In this document: one piece after another, positions 17,737 to 27,555 of the stretch | How positions within the stretch are numbered: the first letter of the stretch is position 1 | Layout of the letters: each line of letters starts with the position of its first letter | Assembly (NCBI GenBank): GCA_029838215.1 | Contig: JALGVI010000009.1 | Location: forward strand, 1-49,014 | DNA length: 49,014 nt | Reading direction: 5' to 3' | Origin: Candidatus Helarchaeota archaeon | GTDB taxonomy: Archaea > Asgardarchaeota > Lokiarchaeia > Helarchaeales > RDOG01 | Program-made: the position numbers and the translations under genes | Notes under the pieces: generated by a model | The model's database searches: none | What the model was told of the DNA's origin: nothing | What the model saw: the letters and a program-made list of their open reading frames with translations, nothing else

Positions 17737-18086
17737 TTTTTTGACTCCCAAATTGGTTTCTTATTAAGTCTTTTTTCATTGTCTCAAGAGATTTATCAGG
17801 TTTCTTGTAATTGCACAGGATTTAATAGTAATTTACATCCTGTTTTTTATGATTTGTGTTACCTACAAAATATTTTGATGAATTAACACCTTATATTTTT
17901 AACCGCAAGTTTTTGAAGGTTTTCAAAAATTTAGATCCCCTAAAGCAAAAACTTCAGCATGAAACAGCATGTAAAAAGCAAATAACTATTCGGTTGACTA
18001 AAAACATGGGCGTGAAAAAGAAGAGCGTGAAAAATAGTAGAGTGAAGCCGAGTTATAAGAATTTAATTGTATCCTTAATCGATTTA

Positions 18087-18614
18087 ATGTATTATTTGAG
18101 ATACCTTGACCCAGATACGCAAAAATATAGAAAAGAGTTTACAACGAAAACCAATGAATCCGTGACTTTTCGACCACTGAGCCCAAAAGATGACCGCAAA
18201 GTTCTAGAGTTCTACAATGGATTGAGCGGCGATACCATATATTTTCGATTTTTCAGTCATAAGAAAACGGTTAATCTCAGGCTTGTCCGGAAGTACACGC
18301 GAATAGACTATGAAAAACAACTCGTAATCGTTGCAGAACGTGAAGACGAAATAATCGGTATCGGGCACTTGATGCTTGCCGATGAGCAGTCTGCAGAGAT
18401 GGCGGTGATAATAGCAGACAGGTGGCAACATAAAGGGGTTGGGACGCAGATGCTTCACTTTTTAGTGGACATAGCCCGTGACAAGGGCATTCATCACTTA
18501 TACGGGACAGTTCTCCGTAATAACGTGCGAATTCTCAAGACAATTGAAAAACTAGGCTTCAAGACCCGAAAGCGATTTGATCGCGGAGACCTAGAAGTAG
18601 AGGCTTATATTTAG
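18087..18614 (+). CDS. GNAT acetyltransferase (Pat-type GNAT domain)
   Basis: FRPL...D, LS..TIY.RFF, AEMAVIIADRWQHKGVGT, L.G.VL..N. Start moved to ATG 18087 because the upstream part of the 17856 ORF looks non-coding. Confidence 0.85.
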   Translation: MYYLRYLDPDTQKYRKEFTTKTNESVTFRPLSPKDDRKVLEFYNGLSGDTIYFRFFSHKKTVNLRLVRKYTRIDYEKQLVIVAEREDEIIGIGHLMLADEQSAEMAVIIADRWQHKGVGTQMLHFLVDIARDKGIHHLYGTVLRNNVRILKTIEKLGFKTRKRFDRGDLEVEAYI

Positions 18615-19195
18615 TCCATCAGATGATCCTTGAATGGCTCGAACATCCGTCTAAAAAGTGAAAGCGGAAATCCGACAATGTTTTCGTAATCACCTTGAAT
18701 TGAAGCCACGAATTTATCGGCATGTTCTTGAATTTTATAGGCTCCTGCAGCATCTACGGATTCTCCTGTCTCCACGTATGCGAAGATTTCGGAATCGCTC
18801 AATTTTTTAAAAGTGACTGCCGTGACCTCGTGATCAAGCTCTTGTATTTTTCTAAAGAGGATGCAAATGCCCGTGATCACGTGGTGCGTAGTTCCGCTTA
18901 ATTTGCGAAGCATTTTGATTGCGTCTTTTTTATCTTTCGGTTTTCCCAGGATTTCCCGATCAACCATGACCAAAGTATCGGCTCCAACGATGATGTCTTC
19001 GAGATTATCCTTTTGAACATCCTTGGCCTTAGCGAGTGCCAGCATTTCAGTCAGACGTGCAGGAGAGAGATTCTCGTGTTCTCGGATGAGAGTTTCTTCA
19101 TCGACCATGCTTTTAATTGCAGTAAATGGGAGTTTTAAATCTTTCAGAAATTGAATCCGTCGTGGTGAAGAGGAGGCAAGAATTAGACGAGTCAT
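18611..19195 (-). CDS. maf: Maf family nucleoside triphosphate pyrophosphatase
   Basis: LILASSSPRR, IVGADT, ILGKP, LSG.TH.V.TG, DAAGAY.IQ, NIVGFPL. Confidence 0.95.
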   Translation of the reverse strand: MTRLILASSSPRRIQFLKDLKLPFTAIKSMVDEETLIREHENLSPARLTEMLALAKAKDVQKDNLEDIIVGADTLVMVDREILGKPKDKKDAIKMLRKLSGTTHHVITGICILFRKIQELDHEVTAVTFKKLSDSEIFAYVETGESVDAAGAYKIQEHADKFVASIQGDYENIVGFPLSLFRRMFEPFKDHLMD

Positions 19196-19223
19196 GACAT
19201 CACGCGATTAGGCGTGTTTTTCT

Positions 19224-19433
19224 TCAAGACTCAAGAGTAACGGATTCTATCTTTTTCTTTACCAGATTAAAATGTTCAGGTCGTCGAGAACCGGGATCTA
19301 TTAGAACAACTGTATCGCCTTCTACAATCAAATAAGGATTATTAGAAAATCCCGCCTTATTATCACCGAATCCGATCCAATAAATGCCGTCATTAACTTG
19401 AATCGCTTTATCGTTTTCCATTTTCTTCACCAA
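19224..19433 (-). pseudogene. Truncated N-terminus of an MBL-fold (FprA/ODP-like) protein
   Basis: GIYWIG...NPYLIVEGD..VLIDPGS is the start of a metallo-beta-lactamase fold. It stops before the metal-binding His motif, with only 29 bp left before maf. Confidence 0.75.
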
Positions 19434-19642
19434 AATAAAAACACGTGCTTTAGATCGATTTATGACCGATCAGATCGATCTTTTTTGAACATCAATCATT
19501 CATTAAAATATCTTTGATTTGATATGAGTTTTTCCACGAATTAGTTCAGAAATGGATTAATTCCAATTGAATGAACAAGTAGGATATCATAATAGAGATT
19601 CCTTTTTTTGAAACTAAAACGATTTTATTTAACAAAAAAAAA

Positions 19643-20722
19643 TTAGTAGAGAGGAAACACGCGTTGTTGTTCGTTCAGACCCTTTCCATTCGTCAACTTG
19701 ATCGTTGGAGCATTTTTCCGAATGAATTTTCCTTCTATAGTTATCGGAGCATCATAAAAAAGAAAACTCCAGCCTGTAATGTTGTGAAGTGTCAATTCTT
19801 CAATGCGACGTGGATGTCCTAGAAATTGGGGATATGTTGAGAGGGTCGTTTTCAATTTTAACGTTCCCTTATCCGTCGTGATTCGAATTTTTTGGTGAAG
19901 CGGGATAAAACGACATGCTTCCTTTAAAAAAACCCAGTTTTCAGGATGACAAGTTATCTTCTTTGCGTGCAAGTATTCATCTTCTTCAATGAGATAGATG
20001 GCTCCAGTCTCAAAATGGTCAGGACAACCATTATTGTTACTTGATTCGACATGACACAAGTACGTGCATAGCTGATCGAAATTTGCATAAATCCAGTCTT
20101 GAATTCGGATTTTCATGATTCGTAATTTAGGAATCCACACGTGCTCAAATAAGCCGACACCATCGATCTCAATTTCTTTTCCATTTATCGTTAGATTTCC
20201 CGTAATTGTAGAAAGCGATTCGATTCCATCAACCATGCAATCTTCAGCCACAGAACATAATTCGTTTCTCGTGTGTCCCCACCAGTTTACGGGGCCACGC
20301 GGTCTTGCGATCAATTCACCGGAAATTTTTTCGTTTCTCGAGATGATCTTTTGCTCTTTTGGTTCTGCGATCACTGTCAAGTCATCCTGCGTGATGGTAA
20401 TCTTGTCCTGTTCTTCCTTAATCGTGAAATTATTGGATTTCTGGACATTGACAATGTCGATTTCGTGCGGTTTTTTCTCTAAATATTTCACGTATTTATC
20501 ATATTGTTTTAGGGAGATCGGTCCTTTCGACAACTTCATTCGATTTGCCCCTTGTCCCATGAAAGTTCCTTCGAAAAGTGCCATGACAAGAGAACATTCG
20601 GTTCCATTATCAGTGAAATTCACGCCAAAATACCAGTCGTTCCACCGTTCAGGACGATCAAGGTACCTGGGCTTTAGATCTTCTAATTCAATAAAATATC
20701 TTTCTGTTGAACTAATCACCAC
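19643..20722 (-). CDS. Hypothetical protein, possibly tocopherol cyclase/CrtC/AttH-like lipocalin double barrel
   Basis: WNDWYF near the N-terminus, beta-rich Trp pattern, G.L.ING.EIEIDGVG..EHVW, QDWIY. Confidence 0.5.
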   Translation of the reverse strand: MVISSTERYFIELEDLKPRYLDRPERWNDWYFGVNFTDNGTECSLVMALFEGTFMGQGANRMKLSKGPISLKQYDKYVKYLEKKPHEIDIVNVQKSNNFTIKEEQDKITITQDDLTVIAEPKEQKIISRNEKISGELIARPRGPVNWWGHTRNELCSVAEDCMVDGIESLSTITGNLTINGKEIEIDGVGLFEHVWIPKLRIMKIRIQDWIYANFDQLCTYLCHVESSNNNGCPDHFETGAIYLIEEDEYLHAKKITCHPENWVFLKEACRFIPLHQKIRITTDKGTLKLKTTLSTYPQFLGHPRRIEELTLHNITGWSFLFYDAPITIEGKFIRKNAPTIKLTNGKGLNEQQRVFPLY

Positions 20723-20880
20723 TCAAATCCTCCTAACAATTGTAATAACGAGTCATTATGAGATAATATCATAAGTTGTATGTATAATCTCAGACCGTCA
20801 CTTATGGTAAAGCTTTATTTTATTGAATGTTTGAATCACTTTATATAAAAATCTAATTTTCTTTTGAAAATCTGGAGCTG

Positions 20881-22350
20881 TTGATCGGCATGTCATCTAA
20901 TTTGAAAAAACTCTTCAATCCCAGAACTGTGGCCGTCTTTGGCGCATCAAACGAGCAGGGTAAGGTCGGGACGCTAATCATGAACAACATGATCGCCTGT
21001 GGATATGAGGATAAGATATTTCCAATAAATCCGAATCGGAAGTATGAAAATAAGAGCATCTTAGGGCATGATGTATTTCCGAGTTTGGATAAAGTTCCGG
21101 AGCAAGTCGATCTTGCCGTGCTGATTGTCCCAGGAAAGCTCGTCAAATCAACGTTAATCGATTGCGTCGAGCATGACGTTAGGGCCGCCGTAGTGATTTC
21201 TGCAGGATTTGGTGAGGCAGGTGAGGAAGGGAAAAAGAGAGAACTTGAATTGGTGAAAATTGCAGAGAAGGGAAATTTAAAATTCGTTGGACCAAATACA
21301 ATGGGTCTATATTCTGCAAATGTCAACTTGAACGTGGCACTGGGATATACTTCACCGTTTCCGGGAAATGTTTCACTCATCTCTCAAAGTGGTTCGACTG
21401 GAGTCGTCATCTGTAGTGAGTTACGTGGCATGGGCATCGGACTTCGATATTTCGTGAGTAGCGGCAACGAAGCCAGCTTGACTTTCGAGGATTATCTTGA
21501 ATATTTTATTAATGATGACCAAACCAAGGTCGTTGCCGGTTTCCTCGAAGGGCTGAGAAACGGAAGTAAATTCCTCGAAATTTGTCAAAAATATAAAGGA
21601 AAAAAACCGATCATCATTCTAAAAGCAGGGACGACAAGGGCAGGGACCAAGGCGGCAAATTCACATACGGGTTCGATAAGTGGTTCCTACGAGATCTATT
21701 CGGGGGCATTTCGACAACTTGGTGTTACAAGGGCAAGAAGCCTCGATGAGCTGTTGGATTTGATCCGTGCATTCTTATACCTGCCGCCTCCGAAGGGAAA
21801 TCGCGTGGGAATAATTCCCGGAGCAGGAGGCATGGGAGTTCTAATGGCAGATGCTTGTGACAGGATTGGACTCGACGTGAGCAAGCCTTCTCAACAATTG
21901 ATAGAAAAAATTAACGAGATCTTGCCTCCTTATTGGAGTCACTCCAATCCATTCGATCCTGTTGGAACTCAGGATTTCATGATATATTCAAAACTACTAG
22001 ATATCATTTTAGAGGCAAATGAATACGATAGCATCATCATGAACGTCATTGAAGTGCGGTCGCTTTTAGAAAAATACTTTCCGCAGCATGAAACGGGCAA
22101 GCAAATTAAAAAAATGTTCATCGGTGTCATGGATTCCATTGAAAAATCCCTTGCGAGAAAGCAAATTAAAATCATAAAAAAGCATTCCAAGCCAGTAATT
22201 TTCATGTCTCACGTGTATCCTTATTCAAAACTTTTCAGAAGATTCGAAAAAAATAACGTCCTGGTCGTCAAGAATCCTGATGCAGCCGCTTTTGTCATTA
22301 ATGCGGTATTGGAACACGCGAAAATCCACGATGGTGAATCTCAAGGATGA
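20881..22350 (+). CDS. ADP-forming acyl-CoA synthetase alpha subunit (AcdA-like), no ATP-grasp domain
   Basis: VAVFGAS, VISAGFGE, VGPNTMG, SQSG, SSGNEA, phospho-His motif SHTGS, NPFD. Probable start is ATG 20891. Confidence 0.9.
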   Translation: MIGMSSNLKKLFNPRTVAVFGASNEQGKVGTLIMNNMIACGYEDKIFPINPNRKYENKSILGHDVFPSLDKVPEQVDLAVLIVPGKLVKSTLIDCVEHDVRAAVVISAGFGEAGEEGKKRELELVKIAEKGNLKFVGPNTMGLYSANVNLNVALGYTSPFPGNVSLISQSGSTGVVICSELRGMGIGLRYFVSSGNEASLTFEDYLEYFINDDQTKVVAGFLEGLRNGSKFLEICQKYKGKKPIIILKAGTTRAGTKAANSHTGSISGSYEIYSGAFRQLGVTRARSLDELLDLIRAFLYLPPPKGNRVGIIPGAGGMGVLMADACDRIGLDVSKPSQQLIEKINEILPPYWSHSNPFDPVGTQDFMIYSKLLDIILEANEYDSIIMNVIEVRSLLEKYFPQHETGKQIKKMFIGVMDSIEKSLARKQIKIIKKHSKPVIFMSHVYPYSKLFRRFEKNNVLVVKNPDAAAFVINAVLEHAKIHDGESQG

Positions 22351-22511
22351 GCCGTGAGAAATACAGTTAATTCTTAGATTTTTAAACGATTTTTTTTCAT
22401 TTTTCGTGTCACTTTTTAAGAAGCCGTGAATTGGTTTTATCATCGATCTGTTGGTTCTTGGGGCGGCTCCAAGTGCTAGTATTAGTTTTAAAAAAAATAC
22501 GGGCAAGATGA

Positions 22512-24620
22512 TTAAATTTTATCTAATCTGACGGGAATTCCATCAAGCAAAACCATTCCGGCAAATGTTTCAAGATTATTCCAATTATCATCGGTAATCA
22601 CGTTCACATTAATGCCTCGCTTTTCTATTGCTATTTCAGGAATATCCTGAATCGTCCGCCCCCAACCGTGTGGAATCCAGATGACGCCACTCATGAGATC
22701 AGGTGTTGTTTTTATCGGAATTTCAATAGAACCAGTTTTACTTGAAACTCGAATGACTTGAAAATCCTCGATTCCGAGCATTCTCGCATCGTCAACATTG
22801 ACAAAACAATAGTTGGTCTCACCTCTTGCGTGAAGCCAAGAGTTGATTGTTTCAATTTGTCGTCCACTTATTAGAGAGAATGGGAATTCTTCGCTTGTGG
22901 GAAGTTGCCAATTGCGAAGCTTTTCAAATTCAGACTCATATTCTGTCGGAACCAAATCAATCAAGTGGTCACCATGTTGAATTCTTTCAGGTAAGAGGCA
23001 ATTGCGTTTTATTTGTTTCTCTTCGTTCAGGTAAATGCCTCGTTCAGATTTTAGCAATTCTCGAAATCTTTTACGATCTTCACGACCTAATGTTGATTTA
23101 AAAAATTTTAATGGGGGTCCACCCAGCGAAATGAGACCCATTTTTTCTTGCAGGAAGTTAAAAATTTCCCATTCGGGTTTTTCTTCATTTTTCGGCGCCA
23201 CCATGGCTTCAGAATATCCTGCAAAAGGAATTGGATTGAATGAAGAAGTCGTGAGCATGAAATCTTCTCTTTCCAAAAACGACACGGCGGGAAGAACGTA
23301 ATCCGAGATCGTGCCCGTATCATTCATGAACAGGTCGATCGAAACCAACAAATCAAGCTTTCGAAATGCCTTCTCCAATTTTTTCGTATTTGGACAGCTC
23401 ACCAGAGGATCTCCTGCCACGACTAACATTGCTTTAATTTGGCCTTCTCCAGGAGAAAGGATTTCATCTGCTATTGTTGCAGCAGGAAACATGCCTAGAA
23501 CATGAGCGAACTGACCAATGCGGCTAAGAATTGGAGCCTTTTTTGGTTTTTTACTCGAACTAAATCCTCCAATTTTCGATACTTGTAACGCATCGATGAG
23601 TCCATGACTATAAAAATTTCCTTTTTTATCTACATTACCCGTAATGAAATTTAAAACGTCGATTGCCCAAGCGAGTAATGTTGCGAATGAGCCGCGGTCG
23701 GTTCCAGCTCGCCCATAAACAGAAGCACCCCCTTTTCTTGATGCTTTCAGAAAATCGTTGATTATTTTTAAAATGATTTCTTTTTGAATTGTAGTTATTC
23801 TTGCCACTTCATCGAGATTTCCTCCAAACTCTCTCGCAATCGGGCGGAGTTTCTCGATTCCTTTCGAATATTTAGCGACAAATTCTTTATCTTCCAAATT
23901 ATTATCCAAAATGTAGTTTATCATTCCAAAAAGAAGATAAATATCGGTATTTGGCCTGATGAAATAATGCATTCCGATTTTTTTTGCAGATTCCGTCTTA
24001 CGGGGATTGATCCAGACGATCTTGCAACCGCGCATTTCCATCTGCTTCAATCTTTGAGCAGGTCGTGGATATACCACAAAACTAAAGTGAGATGCAAGTG
24101 GATTCGTTCCCAATGCTAAAAGATAATCGATTTTATCAAAATCTGGAGCGATGATGATCAAGCTTGAACCAAAAAAACGCCTTGAGTGTGCAAATTTATT
24201 GTTGCAATCTTGCGAACCGGCACCATAAATATTGGGAGAACCAAGAAATTTCATAAACGCTGCAGAATAGATGGCAGTTGAATACGAAAATGCCGCAGGA
24301 TTGCCAACATACATGCCAATTGAACGTGGACCGAACTGATTTTTCAGATTTAATAATCTTGAACCGATCTCATCAATTGCCTGTTCCCACGTGATTCGTT
24401 CGAACTCTCCATTCACGCGTTTTACCGGATGCTTGAGTCGTTTTGGATGATATTGAATTTTTAGCATCTCTCGACCCTTGATGCAAGAATATCCTTTCGA
24501 GACAGGATGCTCCTTGTCAGGGTAATATTTCAACACGCGATTGTTCTCGATTTCAGCCACGAAACCGCAAGATCCTTCACAAATGCGACAATACGTGAAC
24601 TTCTTTTTCACCAAAATCAC
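22512..24620 (-). CDS. Molybdopterin (bis-MGD) oxidoreductase catalytic subunit with N-terminal 4Fe-4S site
   Basis: YCRICEGSCG...SCIKG, HPKRL..P.KR, ISW(E)QA pattern, GTNPL.S, DLF.N.TG..SDYVLP, C-terminal LISGR and IPHGWG. Confidence 0.9.
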   Translation of the reverse strand: MILVKKKFTYCRICEGSCGFVAEIENNRVLKYYPDKEHPVSKGYSCIKGREMLKIQYHPKRLKHPVKRVNGEFERITWEQAIDEIGSRLLNLKNQFGPRSIGMYVGNPAAFSYSTAIYSAAFMKFLGSPNIYGAGSQDCNNKFAHSRRFFGSSLIIIAPDFDKIDYLLALGTNPLASHFSFVVYPRPAQRLKQMEMRGCKIVWINPRKTESAKKIGMHYFIRPNTDIYLLFGMINYILDNNLEDKEFVAKYSKGIEKLRPIAREFGGNLDEVARITTIQKEIILKIINDFLKASRKGGASVYGRAGTDRGSFATLLAWAIDVLNFITGNVDKKGNFYSHGLIDALQVSKIGGFSSSKKPKKAPILSRIGQFAHVLGMFPAATIADEILSPGEGQIKAMLVVAGDPLVSCPNTKKLEKAFRKLDLLVSIDLFMNDTGTISDYVLPAVSFLEREDFMLTTSSFNPIPFAGYSEAMVAPKNEEKPEWEIFNFLQEKMGLISLGGPPLKFFKSTLGREDRKRFRELLKSERGIYLNEEKQIKRNCLLPERIQHGDHLIDLVPTEYESEFEKLRNWQLPTSEEFPFSLISGRQIETINSWLHARGETNYCFVNVDDARMLGIEDFQVIRVSSKTGSIEIPIKTTPDLMSGVIWIPHGWGRTIQDIPEIAIEKRGINVNVITDDNWNNLETFAGMVLLDGIPVRLDKI

Positions 24621-24789
24621 CTCTTATTATCTCTTTAAATTCAGTTAAATAAATTAAGGTTAATCATCAGTTTGAATCAGTTATTCGGGTGGAAATTATT
24701 CGAGCATTGGTATTTTTGCAATATGTTTAAAAGTTTAGATTTTACCTACATAATAACGAGAAATACAATAAATTTGAAAGGTGTATGAT

Positions 24790-24969
24790 TTGCCCGGTTC
24801 GCACGGATCATTAACAAAAGCAGGAAAAGTACGAAGCCAAACACCGAAGGTCGAATCACATCAACCACCCACGCCCATCCCGCGGGTACGAAACCGCCGC
24901 AATTACGTGAAGCGCGTGTTGAAAGGTGGAATTGCAGGACAAGAGAAGAATCGACCTCGCCGAAGATAA
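24790..24969 (+). CDS. rps30e: 30S ribosomal protein S30e
   Basis: PGSHGSLTKAGKVRSQTPK...PRVRNRRNY; TTG 24790 after an AGGTG SD-like site. Confidence 0.96.
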   Translation: MPGSHGSLTKAGKVRSQTPKVESHQPPTPIPRVRNRRNYVKRVLKGGIAGQEKNRPRRR

Positions 24970-25089
24970 TCCTTCTTTTCATTTTAGGCATGACGGCGCG
25001 TGGCTCCTAGTTTTTAAAAAAATCTAGCCATTTAATGCGATTTTTAAATCATTTTGTTTGATTTTACATTGAGTTATCATTGAATATTT

Positions 25090-27531
25090 TTGGTGAGTAA
25101 ATTTCCAGTTATTTCAGAGAGTTCTTTTATTAATGTAATTCGGCAATTCGTGGATTGGTTATCGGGCACGATAGAAGGGTTGATTCGTGAAAAAAATGGG
25201 CGAGAGAGTGGTTTCAACAGGAAATATGAAAAATTAGTAGATGAATACCAATATTTCACAAGTCCAAAACAGCTTTCCAAGGAAATTGCCTACATTTTTA
25301 CCAACAAAATTCTCTTTTACAAGTTGCTTGAAAGACATTACCCCGAACTTGCCAAGCATGAATTAAAGCCTCTATCGGTTCGAGATTCCAAGACATATAT
25401 TCGAGAGTTGGAGCAATACTTTCAGCGTGCAGTCAATGTCACGGGTGCCTATAAGGCGATTTTTTCAACAGGCATTCACGATCACTTGGAGATTCCACGA
25501 GATGTTGGAGTGATCGATAAGATTAACAATTTTATCTCGAAAATGGATGAATTTCGACTTGATGATTCTGATTCTGACGTGATTGGAAGAATCCACGAAG
25601 AATTGATCCTGTCAAGTGAAAGACATGCACAGGGACAATTTTACACGCCGCCTTCCATTGCTGAATTGATAACCAAATGGTCGATTCGTCATAAAAATGA
25701 TAAAGTCCTTGACCCAAGTTGTGGTTCAGGAACTTTTTTAATGAAGGCCTACGGGCGTTTTCTCGATTTAAAAGGACTTGATAGCACTAATGAATTGGTT
25801 CATCAAGATATTTTGGGACAAATTTACGGAATTGACATTAATTCTTTCCCGTTACAACTTGCAACCATGAATTTAATCTCGCGTTATCCGAGACGACCTT
25901 TGAAAAACGTGAACATTTCTTGTCAGGATTTTTTTTCATTTCAAGGTGAATGTTTTGATGTAATTCTCACCAACCCCCCGTATACTCGTTGGACAGAAAT
26001 TCCCGAGAATACCCGGAATTTAATACAGGAGAGAATTGGAAGCACGTTAAAAAGATACCGGTTAACAGCACAGGTACAAAGAGGCATTGAACCGGGCATC
26101 TACATCCATTTCATCATGCATTCGTGCGAAATGTTAAATAATAAGGGAAGAATCGGGATGATCATTTCAGATAGTTGGCTACAAACTGACTATGGAGTTT
26201 TTTTTGGACAGTATCTCTTAGATAACTTCAAGATAAAGGCAATCATGGATATTTCTTCACGAGTCTTTCCCGTGCCACTTATCGGAGCTTGCATCATACT
26301 TCTCGAAAAATGTCAGGACTTTGAAGAAAGAGAAGAAAATCACACGATTTTCATGTATTTAGATTTGAAGGATGGAAACGATTTTGATGTTGATGCGCTT
26401 TTAAAGATCATTGAAAATCCAAAATTGAATGATGGTAAGTTCTTGGTTAAATCAGAACCGCAAAAAAAGCTCCACGTTGATGACAAGTGGATAAATCGTT
26501 TTTTTGATTCTAAAGACATATTGAAAAAAATCAGATTGAAAACCTGCCGGCTAGGCGATTTTTTTGAACCGTCATATGGAAATGCAACATATCTTTATCT
26601 AACGTCTCGTGGAAAGACCAGGGGACCCAGAAATCTCGGCACCAAGAATTTTTTCTATCTCAATAAAAGCAAGGTTGCAAGATACGGTTTGGAAAAACAT
26701 GCACATCCTGCACTTACGAGTGTGAGATATTCAAGATGGTTTACGTTTACGGAAGATGACTGGAAGAAGCTCCGAGAAAAAGATGCCCCTTGTTATCTTT
26801 TCCTATGTCATGAACCCAAAGAGGAATTAGCCGAGAACGTGCGTTCTTATATCGAATGGGGTGAAACAGAATGTCGAACTTCCATTCGAGGATCGCGAGG
26901 TGGAGGAAAACCCTGCAACGAAGCCCTAGCATGCTTGGCTAGGGAACGGTCAAAAGACACATTCCATGGTTGGTATGATCTTGGTGGCGTTAAGCACTCA
27001 CCCATCATGGCAGTATATCAATCCCAATATAAAACCAGGTTTATCTCATTTCAATTTCCCGTCATAACCTATCATGCGGCACTAACATTCATTCCAAAAA
27101 TAGATTTCAATCAAGAACAGTTGAAGGCTTTATTATGTTTCCTCAATTCAAGCTTTGCTCAACTCTACATAGAAACACGTGCAAGGATCACGGGAATGGG
27201 CGTGGCTGCCTTGGAGGTAAAACACGCTGAAGAAATGCCAATTTTAGACGTGAGTAAATTAAATCAAGAAAATATAAGAAAAATGGCAACATTATTTGAT
27301 GCTCTGGAGAAGAGAGCTCGCAAATTAGGGGGGGCAGATAAATCTCAAAATGTTGAAGCTCTCTGGGATTCCATTATCATGGAAATAGATGCGGAGATTT
27401 GCAAGATTCTTGGCATCCCTGTAAAGCAAGCAAGAGCTACAAAACGCTTGGCGCAAGTAATGATGAAACGGAGATTACAACGCACGCAACGAACGAGACC
27501 AGAAGGAATAAAAACTCTGAAGACAAATTAA
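25090..27531 (+). CDS. N6-adenine DNA methyltransferase (type IIG/Eco57I-like M-S fusion), no evident nuclease domain
   Basis: GQFYTPP, LDPSCGSGTFL, YGIDIN.F, catalytic NPPY, C-terminal TRD-like region ending LCFLNSS..QL.IE. Confidence 0.88.
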   Translation: MVSKFPVISESSFINVIRQFVDWLSGTIEGLIREKNGRESGFNRKYEKLVDEYQYFTSPKQLSKEIAYIFTNKILFYKLLERHYPELAKHELKPLSVRDSKTYIRELEQYFQRAVNVTGAYKAIFSTGIHDHLEIPRDVGVIDKINNFISKMDEFRLDDSDSDVIGRIHEELILSSERHAQGQFYTPPSIAELITKWSIRHKNDKVLDPSCGSGTFLMKAYGRFLDLKGLDSTNELVHQDILGQIYGIDINSFPLQLATMNLISRYPRRPLKNVNISCQDFFSFQGECFDVILTNPPYTRWTEIPENTRNLIQERIGSTLKRYRLTAQVQRGIEPGIYIHFIMHSCEMLNNKGRIGMIISDSWLQTDYGVFFGQYLLDNFKIKAIMDISSRVFPVPLIGACIILLEKCQDFEEREENHTIFMYLDLKDGNDFDVDALLKIIENPKLNDGKFLVKSEPQKKLHVDDKWINRFFDSKDILKKIRLKTCRLGDFFEPSYGNATYLYLTSRGKTRGPRNLGTKNFFYLNKSKVARYGLEKHAHPALTSVRYSRWFTFTEDDWKKLREKDAPCYLFLCHEPKEELAENVRSYIEWGETECRTSIRGSRGGGKPCNEALACLARERSKDTFHGWYDLGGVKHSPIMAVYQSQYKTRFISFQFPVITYHAALTFIPKIDFNQEQLKALLCFLNSSFAQLYIETRARITGMGVAALEVKHAEEMPILDVSKLNQENIRKMATLFDALEKRARKLGGADKSQNVEALWDSIIMEIDAEICKILGIPVKQARATKRLAQVMMKRRLQRTQRTRPEGIKTLKTN

Positions 27532-27555
27532 AGATAAAAACATGATGTTAAAAAA

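Noticed and set aside
17856-18086. Long N-terminal extension on the GNAT ORF
   Set aside because: AT-rich and Lys-rich with no domain character; probably an open frame through the promoter region.
20115-20774. 219-aa plus-strand ORF
   Set aside because: Antisense shadow of 19643..20722, rich in Ser/Ile/Phe with no motifs.
22225-22506. 93-aa minus-strand ORF and a small GC hairpin (ttggggcggctccaa) between convergent genes
   Set aside because: The ORF overlaps the acdA 3' end and has no recognisable features. The hairpin is too short to call an ncRNA.
24985-25010. GC-rich patch after rps30e as a possible att site or tRNA remnant for the methyltransferase
   Set aside because: No second copy was found downstream of the MTase and there is no tRNA-like T-arm sequence.
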